From contig JASANG010001013.1 of the NCBI GenBank assembly GCA_030248215.1, positions 1 through 64,000 of the forward strand: a stretch of 64,000 nt of DNA, written 5' to 3'. The position numbers were made by a program, and so were the translations under genes. Below, piece after piece: positions 27,590 through 41,317 of the stretch (the stretch's first letter is position 1; every line of letters begins with the position of its first letter). The DNA is from Enoplolaimus lenunculus (lineage: Eukaryota). The notes under the pieces were generated by a model, which saw nothing but the letters and a program-made list of their open reading frames with translations, was not told the origin of the DNA and did no database searches.

Positions 27590-27991
27590 TCGGGCGGAAC
27601 CGTTTTTCTGTGGGATTTAGAAAACAATAAGCTTACGTTCTAGAGTAATTTTTGTGCTTGTATTAGGATTAGGCTTAAGCTTAGGCTTAGAAATATGCTG
27701 ATTCTTACGCTTAGGCTTAGACTTAGGCTTATGAATATGCTCATTCTTACGCTTAGGATTAGGCTTACGCTCTTAGGCTTAGGCTTAGGCTTAGAAATAT
27801 GCTGATTCTTACGCTTAGCCTTAGACTTAGGCTTAGGAATATGCTCATTCTTACGCTTAGGCTTAGACTTAGCCTTATGAATATGCTCATTCTTACGCTT
27901 AGGATTAGGCTTACGCTCTTAGGCTTAGGCTTACGCTTAGACTTAGGAATATGTTTAAAAGTCTGTTCCGCCCCTGTTCTTTACATTGGTC
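27590..27991 (+). mobile_element. TTAGGC-carrying MITE with expanded internal array (5'-truncated)
   Basis: Repeated AATATGCTCATTCTTACGC-(TTAGGC)n units ending in the family 3' TIR. Confidence 0.75.
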
Positions 27992-28389
27992 GTATACTCT
28001 ATACGGTTAACGGTTACCAAACTATTCATTTTCACAACCTGTAATAATAATACTTGGTATAAACCGTAGGACACCCTTTGACTTTTGAGTAATTGGAACC
28101 TTTAAAAATAATTGATCGTTATGTCATTCAACGAATGTGTCAAAAATTTAAATTTAAAATTTAAATTTAAAAAAACGACGCAATTATACAGTTGATTGAC
28201 TGCCAGACCTGACGGTATTTGACTTTGGTATTTTTAAGCAACCTTTGTAACCAAAAAGACCATACTCGTTTAGTAAACTACAGTTTCAACCAGAGGCGAA
28301 GTCAGGGGTTTCGTTTCGGCGAGGTTAACCTTATATAAAACATTTTTTGACCGTCGAAAATTTGTAGAAAATTTGATTCAAATCATTAA

Positions 28390-28664
28390 AGCCGTATTCA
28401 CACGTGCAAGTTTTTGCTGCGAGAACTCGCAGCTGCAATTTGTACTTGCAAGTTTTGTTCAAAACCCCATTCGAAAAACTTGCAGCTGCAAATAATTCAT
28501 TAAAAATGGTAGCTACGAATTTAGTTCACATGTGTGAATAACCATGCAAGTTCACTCAATTTATTGCAGCCGGCTTCTCATTGGCTGATGAAAAAATGCA
28601 AGTTCTGTGTGCAATTCGCAGCTGCAACTTCTCGTACTAAAAACTTGCACGTGTGAATAGGGCT
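28390..28664. mobile_element. PIF/Harbinger-like MITE (AGCCCTATTCACACGTGCAAG TIR)
   Basis: Long TIRs; TAA TSD. Copies at 17830-18161, 44128-44403 and 48447-48936. Confidence 0.75.
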
Positions 28665-28928
28665 TAAAAGTTGAAACGGGTTCTCAGGTTTGTTTTCAAC
28701 TGTGATTCCAACATTTACTCAAAATTAATTATTTCAATTTTTCTTTTTTTTTAATTTAAAAACTTCAATTCTTTTCCGAAACGTTTTTATAAAAATATAG
28801 GATGTGCAGTCAAACCAAAAATTTTGATCAACATATGTTTTAAAAAAGTCATCATTTCAGTACGAAAGGGAATTAAATTAATATAATAAAAAATATTTCA
28901 GTTCCAAAATTGAGATTATTCTAAATCC

Positions 28929-29112
28929 GGCCGATGTTACTTTAAGGAACGTCCAGGTTTCTGGTGGATCCATAAAAGAGTGATTTTAGATTCTAGATTA
29001 CATTTTTTCCTTAGGCTTTGGCTTAGGAACACATTTTTGCAACGCTTAAGCTTAGGCTTAGGTTTAGGAATACGCTTAATCTAGTGTTACGCCCCTTAAA
29101 GTATCATTGGCC
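28929..29112 (+). mobile_element. TTAGGC-carrying MITE, second subfamily (GGCCRATGTTACTTT TIR)
   Basis: Perfect TSD CTAAATCC; relatives at about 4513-4686, 27254-27420 and 31060-31246. Confidence 0.8.
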
Positions 29113-30297
29113 CTAAATCCTGCTAATTAAAAGTGTTTCTGGTATCTGTATAAATTTCGTAGGGAATAACAGCTGTGGACTCTCACTTTCATAGATAAAA
29201 TGCTATCCCTTATTGTGAACCAGATCAAATCCCTATATTCTCTACCTTGTAATTTTTTATATTTTTCTCAAATGCGTTCTAAACGTTCAACTATTTTCAG
29301 TGTTGTTTTCTTGACAAATATTCGTCATCGCTGATTTATACAAACTTTGCTGCCAACGAAAACAAGAATGACTTTGCCAGAATTTTGTTTTGTTTTTCAT
29401 CTGTTCAGACAACTGTCTTAAATTAGGTTTAGCGAACTCCTGCAGTTTAAACCTAAATTGGCAATTCGAACCAGATTTTCCGTAACCTGTGGTCACTTAT
29501 AAATGTTTCACTGGAGCAAGTTGAACTGAACGCCAGACGACCATAAGTTTTACGGTATACAGCTATTCTATCTAAAGTTGACCACAACAAGATTCGCCGT
29601 TCTGAATTTGAGTCAAAATTGTCGTTCAAATTTAAACATTTGTCTTCAAATTCTAGTTTTGGTAAACAATTGATTTAAAATATTTAACAGAAACAATAAC
29701 TTGAAAGATCGAACATTATAATATACTGGTCATTAGTTTATCCGTACTTCGTGGGTTCGAGTCCCATCGCATCCGCTGCAAAATTTTCGACAAGCGCTCT
29801 ATATGGTACTGTTTAACTTAGAATTTATATATATGTATATATGTATGTATATATACATATATATGTACATATATTGCTGCTTTAAACATTTGAAATATAT
29901 TTACTTATAAAGCATAAGCCGGTTCACGCAAAGGTCAGGGGCGGAACGGTTTTCTGCAGGACTGCAATAGAGTAAGCTTAAGCTTTAGACAAATTTTTGC
30001 TTAAGCTTATACTTAGGTATAAGCTGATTCTTACACTTATGCTTCTGTTTAGGTTTAAGCATAGGTATACGCTTATACTACTCTTACGACCCCGTTCTTT
30101 ACACTGGCTTATAACCCGAAGCATAAACCTTAACCTGAGCCATAAATGTTGCTACGCTTAGGCTTAGGCTTAAGTTTAGCAATATGCTTATACTACTGTT
30201 ACAGCCCTGTTCTCTACATTGGCCCATAATCCTAACCCAAATCCTAAGAGCGAAACGTTGCAGAACTTTAATACAAACAAAATGACACGGTTGTATA

Positions 30298-30690
30298 AAC
30301 TCCAACTCAACCACAAATGTTCCAACTCCAACTCAACCATAAATGTTCCAACTCCAACTCAACCACAAATGTTCCAACTCCAACTCAACCACAAATGTTC
30401 CAACTCCAACTCAACCACAAATGTTCCAACTCCAACTCAACCACAAATGTTCCAACTCCAACTCAACCACAAATGTTCCAACTCCAACTCAACCATAAAT
30501 GTTCCAACTCCAACTCAACCACAAATGTTCCAACTCCAACTCAACCACAAAGCAACCCAACCAACCAAAATGTTCCAACTCCAACTCAACCACAAATGTT
30601 CCAACTCCAACTCAACCACAAATGTTCCAACTCCAACTCAACCATAAATGTTCCAACTCCAACTCAACCACAAATGTTCCAACACAAACT
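30298..30690. repeat. 26-bp minisatellite (AAATGTTCCAACTCCAACTCAACCAC)
   Basis: About 14-15 tandem units; explains the 26-aa periodic ORFs in all three + frames. Confidence 0.95.
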
Positions 30691-33279
30691 CGTTCAAAAC
30701 CGATTTTTGTTTTTCAATCCCAAAGTTTCCGTTGAAATATATTTCGTAAAAATGTTTTTATTTTAACTCACAAACCAAAAACACAAAGTGAAAGATAGAA
30801 ACTGTGTTAAAATGGGGCGACATTTGTATTATTTCCGGTTTTAAAGACTTTCAAATGTTTTATAAACGAGTTTCGTTTAACCGGGAGTTGAAAACTCGCT
30901 AATCGCAACCAGTTCAACGTTGCTCAAATGTGTAACAGTTGGCAGTTTTTTTGAGCTGATAAAATGAGTTTATTGCGTGATTTCAATTAATTCATGCGGG
31001 GTGCATCACGCGAGCCTACTCGAACATCATAAACACAATGAAATATCGGAAACATGTTTACTATACTTTTGAGGAGCGTAACAGTAGTATAAGCATATTC
31101 CTAAACCTAAAATCTTTGCTTAACAATGACGTCTAATCTTACGTTTAAGATTAAATTTAACCTTTAAACAAAAGGTTACTGTAAGGTTTAAGGTCACTTT
31201 TGAGTCCTGTGAAAAAAATGGCTGGCCCCTTAAAGTAAGATGAGCCGGAGTGTTACAGGGGATAAACGGATTTTTCCCACGGACACTTTCCAAGTGTAGG
31301 GATACCACTGGATCCGTGACTCCGCTGAGTTGAAATTTTCTGGGGAAACCCGAGAGACACGAAATTTGAGCGTGTCGGGTTGGAAAACCACTGGTGGAAA
31401 TGTTTTTGGAGCCGTAGCGGGTATTCACCTGGGGGATCCAAGTGTGTGACCCCTGGGTGAGTTCGTAGGCTAGATTTGGTGTTTCAAATTTAGATCTAGG
31501 GGTCTGAAGGGAGAGCGCAGGTGAGTAAAACTAGAGGAAAAGTTGATTTGAACTTGATTTGAGTGTTTTTGACCCGGGGCGGTCTTTTCTGTCTTTTCCG
31601 GCTTGTGTAGTCTCTTATGGGTTATATCGAAATTAAGATTTTTGAAATTTTGAACTTTACGGTTAGAATTGGCGGTGTTGATGTTTAGTACGGCGAAATT
31701 TGGCGGTAAGCTTTTGAATAACGCGTTGTTGAAGTCAAGTGTGCATTCGTCATAGTATCTGAAGGTTATTATATGTTATTTAGTTTATTTGACCTTGTTC
31801 GATACTTGTTTTGCAAATTTAGATGGTTTTGAGTTTAAATTTGGCGGTTAGATTTGTGTCGTAGTTATTTTAGTTTTCTGACGGCTAGAGTAAATTGTTT
31901 TAGTTTTCTTAATGTGGAGGTGCAAGGAATTTTCTAAAATTTTGAATGAATTGGCCAGAATTTGGTGAAATTGTGATCAAGTTTAATTTCGAGTTATGCT
32001 GAATAAAGGTTCTTAGCTAGCGGAAGAGAATTTACTTTACTCACTTTTAAGTTGTTGTTTGGCTTGTCAAGATGGCGAGATGCAGTAGTAGTTATATTTT
32101 GAATTACCGAATTTGGTTTTTGCGTTATTTGTGGTATTCCGGGAGAGAATGACAAATTCAGTATTGTTTTTAGTGTGGTTGCTCAAGTGGTATAAGTCAT
32201 GATGATTGGTTGAATTTGTAGTTTGCGATTTGTATTTTCTCTTTTGGTGAAAATTAGCGCTCGTACCGGGGTGGCCGGTACAAGCGCCGTACGGGCTACT
32301 CCGGTACGGGTGGCTGTACGCGTTCTTCTAATTGAAATTTCTCGATGTGTACATCTAGGCGGAAAATTATTTGCAGACGCGATTTCGAGTTGGGTTAGAC
32401 TCCGGTTGAGTCTAGCTCGACTCAACCGTGGTTTTAACCCAATTGCATTCAGGTTCGAATGATTATTGCTGATAGTAAAAATTTCTACAGCCTTAGAAAC
32501 AGGCGGTGCGGGTCCCCATTTTTCTTTTTTCCTTTTTGACCAACTCCTTTTTACCAAGAATTTATTTTTCCCCGCACTCCGAATTTTGCCTGCCCACTGG
32601 ATGGTCAATGTAATTTTGCCACGGTGGTCAGAAATTTCACCCGGGGGCAGGAATGCGCGAGGATAAGAGTCTCCTAGCCCCAAATCTTTTTCGCGATAAT
32701 CTGTGTTTCAACGGCGTTTGCCGGCTTGCAGCCGGCGAGGAACTTTTACCAAGCAGAATTATATGCGACATTTTTCTCAACGATCCGGTAGCGATAAGTG
32801 TTTGCGTTCAGATGGTGTATACACTGCGAGCCCGAGATGGGAAACCCATCCCGGACGCGATCGGGCGGAGTAGCATAACTAGACCTAGTAGCCAACCTCG
32901 ATCAAACCATAAGGAGTACCCGCCATGGATGGGTGGCAAGGACTTTCGATCCAGGGTAACCTACCTTATACCAAGGATTGAATTGCGGGGTACAAGTCAA
33001 ATGCGACCTGTTTACAGCTGACAATTTGTCGAATTTCTTACACTGTATACATATCTTGCTTCGGGCTGGAACGCTAAAGTATGGCGATGCACTGCTCTCT
33101 AGCGGAACCAAGCGGGGCTGTCTCGGCCTATGCCCCACCGGCGGGGATCAATAGCCAGATTTTGTATTCAGGTTTAGCACTAAAATTGCGTTTGGTTTCT
33201 CACACAACAGTTAACATTTGCTTTTGTTTAAAAATAAATATTAGAATATCGCTATTGTAAGTTTTATTGTTTAGAAGCA

Positions 33280-33489
33280 CACTGCCAAAAATGGTGAGTC
33301 AAATTGACTCTCCCCGTAATAGGCTGTACGGGACTACACAAACTGAGTCAAATTCGCCTCAGCCAGAGTCAATTTCGACTCAGTGAACCGCACGATTGAC
33401 CCTGGCGGAGTCGAATTTTGACTCAATTTGTGTAGTCCTGCTGATCCTATTTCGGAAAGAGCCAATTTGACTCACCATTTTTTGCAGTG
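33280..33489. mobile_element. CMC/EnSpm-like MITE (GAGTCAAATTTGACTC family)
   Basis: CACTGCCAAAAATGG...CCATTTTTTGCAGTG; 2-bp TSD CA. Confidence 0.75.
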
Positions 33490-34971
33490 CAATATCCAAA
33501 CCGTGATACTTCTATAGAAAAGTTACAATCCAAATCAGATTGGTCAAACCGAAACATGAACGTAATCCTACAAACCTGACTCTTAGCCTAAATGTTACGA
33601 ACACCTAAGTCCTACAACCTTAGCAGAACCTGTTCAGTACTTGAACGCTATACAAAATAAGCTTAATTTTATGGTTAACTCAAAAATTCAAAACTTATAT
33701 CCATTTCTAGTAATTTTGTTAACACATAAATTATGCCGATTTTGAAATGAAAAATGTTTTCAAATGCTATGACAACAAATTAGTCAGGCGGTAGTTTACT
33801 AAAGCCTAAGCAAAATCTAAAATATCGAAGCACAATGTTGATTATAATTAAAATTTTGCATATCTTTTATCATAAGCAAACGACTTGGTTAACCCTTTCT
33901 TACATGAATATTTTTTTGTTTTGGACAAAAATCTGAAATTAATTCAGTATACATTTGCTAGTGGCATTTAAAAAGCCTACTGTAGGCGGCTGTGCCACAC
34001 TTAAACCTATTTCAAACTAAAAACTAAAACTAAAATAAAACCCTATATCAAAACCACACCTTAAGGGAGTTCCTGGCTCCACCTAGTCTCTCTTAGAACT
34101 TAAGTTAGGCTTAGGCGTTGCTACAAGGCGTAGAAATTGGTAAATCGATGCTATGGCGGCTGTGTCCGCAATGTAAACTTACCTGGGGCCCTGCGTGGCC
34201 ATAGAATGGATTGATTAATGGTTCATATCGTGCTGGCCTAATCTGCGTTTAACGACATAGCTAGGCTATGTCAGCACCAAAAATGGTGCTTTATATTGTG
34301 TGTCTCCGGCATGGTTGTTGTTGTTGTTGTAGTACCGGTTGGGTGGCTCTCGACCTCGACCGCATTGCGGACACCCAGTTGTGTGTGTCGGCAAAAATGC
34401 AAATGAGGTCGAGATGCCGATATGGGTAGCCAGGACCGGAATTATTATTAACCTCGATTTAGTACGGATTGGTTGTGTTTTTATTTTGGCGGAATTGCGT
34501 AATCTTTATCTTTTGTTTGTGGAACGTATTACACGGTTGGAACTTGAGTGGAACCTGAGTAAGTAGGGACTAGTTGAAGTAATTTAAGATTGTCACGGCG
34601 GCTGAACATGTGAAGGAATTCAGGCATTACGGATTTTAATCGGCGTTGCGCAGGGCGCGGAAATTACCCAGTATTGGATACTGGTGTCATGTGCTAAAGG
34701 AACTTGGGATATTAAAGGAAACCTGGGGAAAAGTAGTCTAGTAAATCTAACGGGGTTAGATTTATTATTCTACAACGGCTGGGCCAAATCTAACGGGGTT
34801 AGATTGGTCGGAAATTTGGTGTAACTCTAACGGGGTTAGAGTACACGGTTTAACGGGGTGTAATTCTAACGGGGTTAGAATTGCACGGATTCTGGAAAAC
34901 GGCAAAAGTATTGGGTACGGTAAAGCCAGTGGCTGGATTAAATCAGATTCAGACGTCGGCTTTAAGGATTC

Positions 34972-35180
34972 CGGCTCGGGTTACCAGTTAAATTACATAA
35001 CCTGTGATTTGCTGGCCTTTAATTTGGGTATTTCGTGTCTTACGGCTCGGGTTACCAGTAAATTACATAACCTGTGATTTGCTGGCCTTAATTTCGGTTA
35101 TTTTTGTGTCCCACAGGTCGCGGGTACCAGTTAAATTACATAACCTGTGATTTGCTGGCCTTAAATTTGGGAATTTTGTG
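34972..35180. repeat. Three tandem copies of about 71-73 bp (AATTACATAACCTGTGATTTGCTGGCCTT core)
   Basis: Units begin at about 34972, 35043 and 35116. Confidence 0.85.
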
Positions 35181-36380
35181 TGTCATACGGGTTGCGGGTT
35201 GGGATTTATAATAAACATTTACCGGCCGCGTTTTACTAAATCAGAGCGAATAGCATACATCGAGAAAAGAACTATACAGGCGATACAGGATACAGGCTTA
35301 AGTCAAAATCACGAACTTCTCACCCAACCAACGCAAAACCAAAAACACAAAAAAAAACAAACCTACCCATAAACAAAAAACCCCCCCCCACTGCGCATAT
35401 ATGTTAGAATTGTTAAACACTTCTTTTACAGTGTCTGTGTTGCTCACATATTACTTGTATTTAGTTGCTCGTAGTATACTCTATGCGTTAAAGGGTTAAT
35501 TTTGAACCGCAGAAGGGGGGCCTTGAGGGTACCCCCCTTTATTCCTTTTTTTTTTTCCTCAATTTCTGGAGAAGACTACTCCCCCCCCCCCCCACCGCCC
35601 TTTATTATTGAAACAGCTAAAATTACTGAAATATCTTTTGAACTGATTTGGCGTTAAAGTATTGAGAGGCGCATAATGCAGGGGGCACTCTTGAAAACCA
35701 AATTGTTGTGGTGGGGGGGAAACTTTGCCACTGTGGGGACAAAAGTGTCATTTATATGTTTAAAGGTAGTGAATTTCGATTGTTTGAAAACCTTTACCAA
35801 GTGCTACAGTTCGCAATACTGCAACTTTCAGCATTACAGCTAGTCAGCAAATAATTAATACAAAAACGATAATAAAATGAAAAACATTTATTTATATTTA
35901 TTTATTTATTTTATTTGTATTTTACTTTTTTATACATTAATATTATTAGTTTTTAATAAACAAATCATTTTATCTTTTTATTTTGTATTATATTTAGTAA
36001 AAATTTTGATTTATTATTTTTATCTATTTATAGTTTTCGTTAAAAATTTCTAGCAGAAAATATTATTATTCAATTCGAATTATAATTAATGGTATATTAA
36101 TTTGGTAAAAAGCTGTTTTTATTATTTTTATATTTAAATAATGATGGCATGAATAAGTCTTTAATTATCATTATTATTATTACAAGGATACGCTATCTTT
36201 CCAGAAAAAATTTTCATTCCATCGCTATATCCTGATTTTACCTGCCTGCTTACACCCGCACCTTAAAATTAAAATTAAAAATTTAAGCACAGAGTTTAGA
36301 CGCTTCAAGAAAAATATCAAAATATTTCAATATCACTACTGAGTCTGTGCGAATGGGTACCATTAAGCAAAACCCATTTC

Positions 36381-36574
36381 GATCAATGTAAAGCACAGGT
36401 TCGGAACAGTATTATAAGTATATTCCTAAGCCTAAGCCTAAGCCTTAGCGTAAGAATGAACATATTCATAAGCCTAAGCCTAAGCCTAAACCAAGCAAAA
36501 AATTTGTCTAAAGCTTAAGCTTATTCTATTGCAGTCCCACATAAAACTCTCTGCCTCTGATCTATACGTGAGCC
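36381..36574 (-). mobile_element. TTAGGC-carrying MITE
   Basis: Reverse copy with (GCCTAA)n; TSD CCC(A/G)TTTC. Confidence 0.75.
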
Positions 36575-39500
36575 CCCGTTTCAAAATGTTTGCGCACTCC
36601 AAATCACTCAACAATAAACGTGCCCTTTTCAAAGATTGTCTGGCACTGCTCTCGTATCTTGTGAGCTGTCCATAAGCTTATTTCAATAGCCAGAAATGCA
36701 AATAATTTCAAGACAAAATTATAAATATTTTAAACATCTGCTTATAGTTTTAAGCTTAATGAGCACACCAACATAGCCATATATCTTGGCTCATGTCTGA
36801 ACCAATGATTTGGTGCCGGCATCCAGGGTTATATATCTCGTTCATAGGAAAAGGGGTATACTGAGACGTACCATTGCGATGACGAAATAAGAAAAATAGA
36901 CACTTTTACAAGCTTTTGTATATAAGCTTAAACGTTTACATTCTTCGAATAGTTTGAACATCTTACTTTGACTAAAAATCTTTCTTTGAAGTATGAGGCT
37001 AAACCCACCGGAAGGGCAGTCACCAGATGTGGCCTGGGAGTTTTAGTCAATTAGAAACATTTTGGCCTCCTTTAGCTTACTTTTAACCCCAGTTCTGAAA
37101 CCTTGTTTTATCAACCACAAACCCGTCTCAAAATTGTCTCACCCCCCAGCAGATTAAGCTGGCTACGTGCCTGACCCACCGAGAAGGAAACCCTGGCCTC
37201 GTAAATGCTACAGTTGCCATTGTTATCGCCGGGTCTGCACTAAGGTGCCCTGGTAAACTTAGTGACCGACAGATGAACGGAAATAAAGCACCGGATGACG
37301 ACAAGTTACACTAATCCTGTCCGGTACACCCGGAAATGGTTAGTAGAGGTGGAAAGATGAGTTGTTGGATGTTTGAGGGCTTAGAAAGGTCTAAGACAGG
37401 CCCGTAGCCAGGTTACATGCTTTTGGGAGGAGCGAAAACAATTTACAAGGGTCATGCATGTATTATGAATGACTTACAAATGGGGCAGAAACATTTTTAA
37501 GGGAAGCCCAAAATATTTCTAGGGAGGCTGAACCCAATCATGTTTCCCCTGTGGTTGTGATTTGGCGTTGACGTTAGAATATCTTGCAATTCATCGAATA
37601 AATATTGGACCAAATGAGGGGGATGGGCAGTCCGTTCAGAACGGTGGAGTTGCCCCCTGTAAATTGGTAAACGAAACGTTCTATAATTGGCTTTGATTCC
37701 CATGGTCCATTCTACAATGAAGTCTCTATCATCGGCGTCTTTTCGCCGATTTCTAGCGCGTATGTAGACCGCCTCTGGGCCTGATTCTGGCAAAATTTGC
37801 CAATCTCTGTCTCCTACCTGCCATTTCACCGATATTCCAATGATATTTGGTCGTCCGACGGCGCCAGGAGTAAACTATTGACCGCTACAGGCAACAAACT
37901 TCATGTGTGACGAAGTTCCATGAAAAACTGGTAGTTCATCAGCGACCGGTATCTTAGTTCCGGAACCAAAATTAGGTTCCGTTTTGGACGTTTGGCCACA
38001 TTTCAACTTTAACGAGGTAAATATGTTTTCTTAGAAAAATTTTCATCCTTTATAACCAAATCATTAGAGAACGCCAGCTTCGTGAATGATGAAACGCGTA
38101 TTATCTCTTGATTGAAGGTTGAACATCAATAATATTTCGCCGCTTTAAGACCCGCTGGTACCTCGCACTAGGGCATGTATACTCAAATGTGTGGGCCAAT
38201 GTATAGAACAGGGCCGTAACAGTGGTATAAGCATATTCCTAAGTCTAAGTCTAACCGTATGAATGAGGTTATATGTAACACCTATTTCTAGGGCCCATAT
38301 TCTCAAATTCATACAGCACCTATTACCAGTTAGTAATAGGTTTTCATACAAACGAACTGGTGCAATTACAGATCTTAAAATTTGTACAGTAGCAGAGAAA
38401 ATCGAAAGCAATAAATGTGATGAATTTCAAACCTCACTATTTTCTGCTTCGAAAGTTACAAGGCCTATCACCAACTGGTAATAGGTGCTGCACACATTTG
38501 AGAATACGAGCTAAGGTTAGTAAATATGTTTTCCAATTTGACATCCAGTGATGTACAATATATGCAAGCTAGCAATACACTGAACGAAATTAATATAATT
38601 GTTTTAGCAAAATTTTCGATCTTAGAGCATCGTTTGCTGGATTAACGACTGATACGTGTTAATAAGTCTTGTATATATTTCTATCTGAAAAATCGGCATT
38701 TAAAAACGTAATCTATAAATTATGTAATGCCTTAACGCTAATAATAAAACCTTACGCAACTCTATAACCATGTATAAATGGGTGTATATATTGTAATTAG
38801 GCCATTGGTATGGTTACGAAACTAGACTATATTTATTACGGTTTAACCGGAATTCCTGCATAAATTCAATTTCAGTTCCTGTTCCTGTTCCTGTATTTAA
38901 AAATGAATGAAGTGGGATTTTACGGTTTTGTGTCAAATGATTTAAAATATTCGAAACTTTGTCTTTGAAAAATTGTTATTTCGAAATGAGTGTTTGTGTT
39001 ATTAGTTCAATGTTGTGTAATAAATTGTGTGATGAAAATTATTTCAAATTCCGGTTCCTGTTATGCTTTATCGCTTGGAAATACAAATTTTGAACACAAT
39101 TGCAAATGTTAAAAAATAATTTGAAACCAAATGTTTTAATTGAATTAAGCAAGTTGAGCCATTTAAAATGAAGTTTTTTGCATTTAAAAACCACTGCTTA
39201 AAGTATATTGTATCATGGGTCCATATAAACATAAAGGGCGCAACGTTGTTCTGTGGGTATGGACTAGAGTAAGCTTAAGCTTTAGTCTATTTCCTTGCTA
39301 AAGCTTAGGCTTAACCTTAGGAATATGCTTATACTACTGCAACGCCTCCGTTCTATACATTGGCTCCATCTTGAATAAACTGTCACCGAGTAGTACGTGC
39401 GGATGTTTTTGAATAAAAATTACATATACACGATGCATCGGTTTAAAATTCGTACATCCGGCGGATGTTTCTCAAAAAATCAAAGTCAATTATGCCTCAC

Positions 39501-40679
39501 CCACCCTTTCCTCAACACATAACCTTCTTCACCCGAAACCCAAACTCTACCAATTCACAAAGTTTCAAATCCCAAATGGCACGTGATAAATTAAATTAAC
39601 TATAATCACACTGTGGACTCTCAGTAAACTTTACACACCAATAAACAATAAATGACGACACACTGATGTATATTTCAACTCTGCTCCAGCGAATAGACCT
39701 GGCTTATAAGCGTTGCGGAAATAATATGAGTCCGTTTGAATTGGCCCCGGCCGTCAGATCAGCGAACCTAAATTAAGTTGGTGGCCTCTTCTGGTTTTAG
39801 TGCGGGTACCTAAATTACCCCATAATCAGTGATTTAGAAGTTGCTGAAAACAGTTGCGTAAAAAGGAACGGAGATATGACCGGAACAGGGTTTAGCAGCA
39901 GGGTCCAACCGGATATGAAAAACCGTATTCAGAGAAGGTTCAATATAACTTTGCTGGATCCTGAGAAGGTGATAAAGTTTAAATCATATTTAATTTGCTA
40001 AATTTGGCCCATGTAAACATCCGGGGCGGAACGTTTTTTTTGCGCAGCTGCAATAGAGTAAGCTTAAAGCGTTAGGCTAATTTTGTACTTAAGCCTAATG
40101 CTAAGGATTAAGTATAAGCTCACATTTACGCTTATGCTTTGGTTTAGGTTTAGGCTTAGGGATATGCTTATGCTACAGTTACGGCTATGTTCTATACATT
40201 GACAACTAATTTATTGTTAAAAATGTCTTTTTAGGCTTCTTTTCAGTAAAGTTCAACAACTTAAAGCTTTGAAAATATTCTCAAACACATCAATAAAATC
40301 ATTGCTTAACCGAACATTAATAAAAATACGAACAATTTCAGTACCGAAATTCCGGAACCTCCGGGCAAAAATTCCACAGGAGCCAAACGACAATTTTTTG
40401 CCGGAACCGGAGCTACATATATCCAGTTGTTAACTGGCTGATGATGTATGTTTTAGGATCAGACTTAATTTAGACCATAGGCGTTGTTAGTAAATAAAAT
40501 CATATCAGTAACAATTATCGTTACTTCAATTTCCCGCACTACTTTTTTTAGATTTAAAGCTGACAAAATTGAATTTCGCTAAAATTAATTACAAAACTTC
40601 AAAACTTTAACCATCATAACTCTTCTCCATTCAAAATACTGTCAACCTGGTTCATTATTTTAATTAGGTTAAGCAGGAG

Positions 40680-40890
40680 TGAACGATGCATACATCAGCA
40701 AGAGTAGTATGCAACTGGTTACATTCTGTGTAGGAAACAATGTACCTGGCACGCGGTACGTTTTTGGTCAACCCCTCTTATTTAAAGGGGGTACAACGAG
40801 TGCCAACCTTATGTATCAGGCATCAAAAATGATCCGCCTATAGTTGAATTTTAAAGTATCGCATATGACAGCGACCCTGCATCTAAATAC
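40680..40890. repeat. Dispersed repeat with GGCACGCG...CCCCTC/GGGGGTACAAC hairpin core
   Basis: Similar segments at about 5680-5880, 46370-46510 (reverse) and 60460-60580 (reverse); superfamily unclear. Confidence 0.5.
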
Positions 40891-41071
40891 GAAGGACCGA
40901 CCGCTGAAGTTCGAAACGTGTTCTCAACCCAAATTAAGGACAAATATGGCGAGATTACAACTTAAAATTAAAGTTTTTCACGTTCGCTTTGTTTGTTTCA
41001 ACCTTAAAATATCAAAGGGTTTGCTAAAATGCAGTTTGTTAAATCTGTAACGTTTCGGTGCACAAAAAGTA

Positions 41072-41317
41072 CACTGTAAATTCCAGTGAGTTGGTTTAAA
41101 TTCAGAATGAATTGAATCGCTTAGTCTCTATTAGGACTATCAGAACTCACAATTCTGAGTGGTTTCAAATCATTTTGATGTAATACTCCTCTGGAGTCAA
41201 CTCAACGCAGAGTGAGAATCAACTCAACTCAAAGTGAGTTTAAGTTTTGTGATATTAATTCAGAAATGACTAACATTCAGTCTGAGTTAATTAATTAACT
41301 CATTGGAATTTACAGTG
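41072..41317. mobile_element. CMC/EnSpm-like MITE (CACTGTAAAT family)
   Basis: TIR CACTGTAAATTCCA / TGGAATTTACAGTG; TSD TA; internal AACTCA/TGAGTT repeats. Confidence 0.75.

Noticed and set aside
30219..30766. Repetitive ORFs (also 9019-9429 and 47069-47532)
   Set aside because: They are open frames through 26-, ~20- and 17-bp minisatellites; the periods are not multiples of 3, and the same peptide appears in several frames.
34741..34886. CRISPR array
   Set aside because: Eukaryotic context, 15-bp repeat, only four units and no cas genes. The other tandem arrays lack unique spacers.
37590..37700. Merlin/IS1595 transposase (HLVQYLFDEL loosely resembles the HLxxYLxEF motif)
   Set aside because: No DDE-associated motifs or TIRs nearby; the resemblance is too weak to call.
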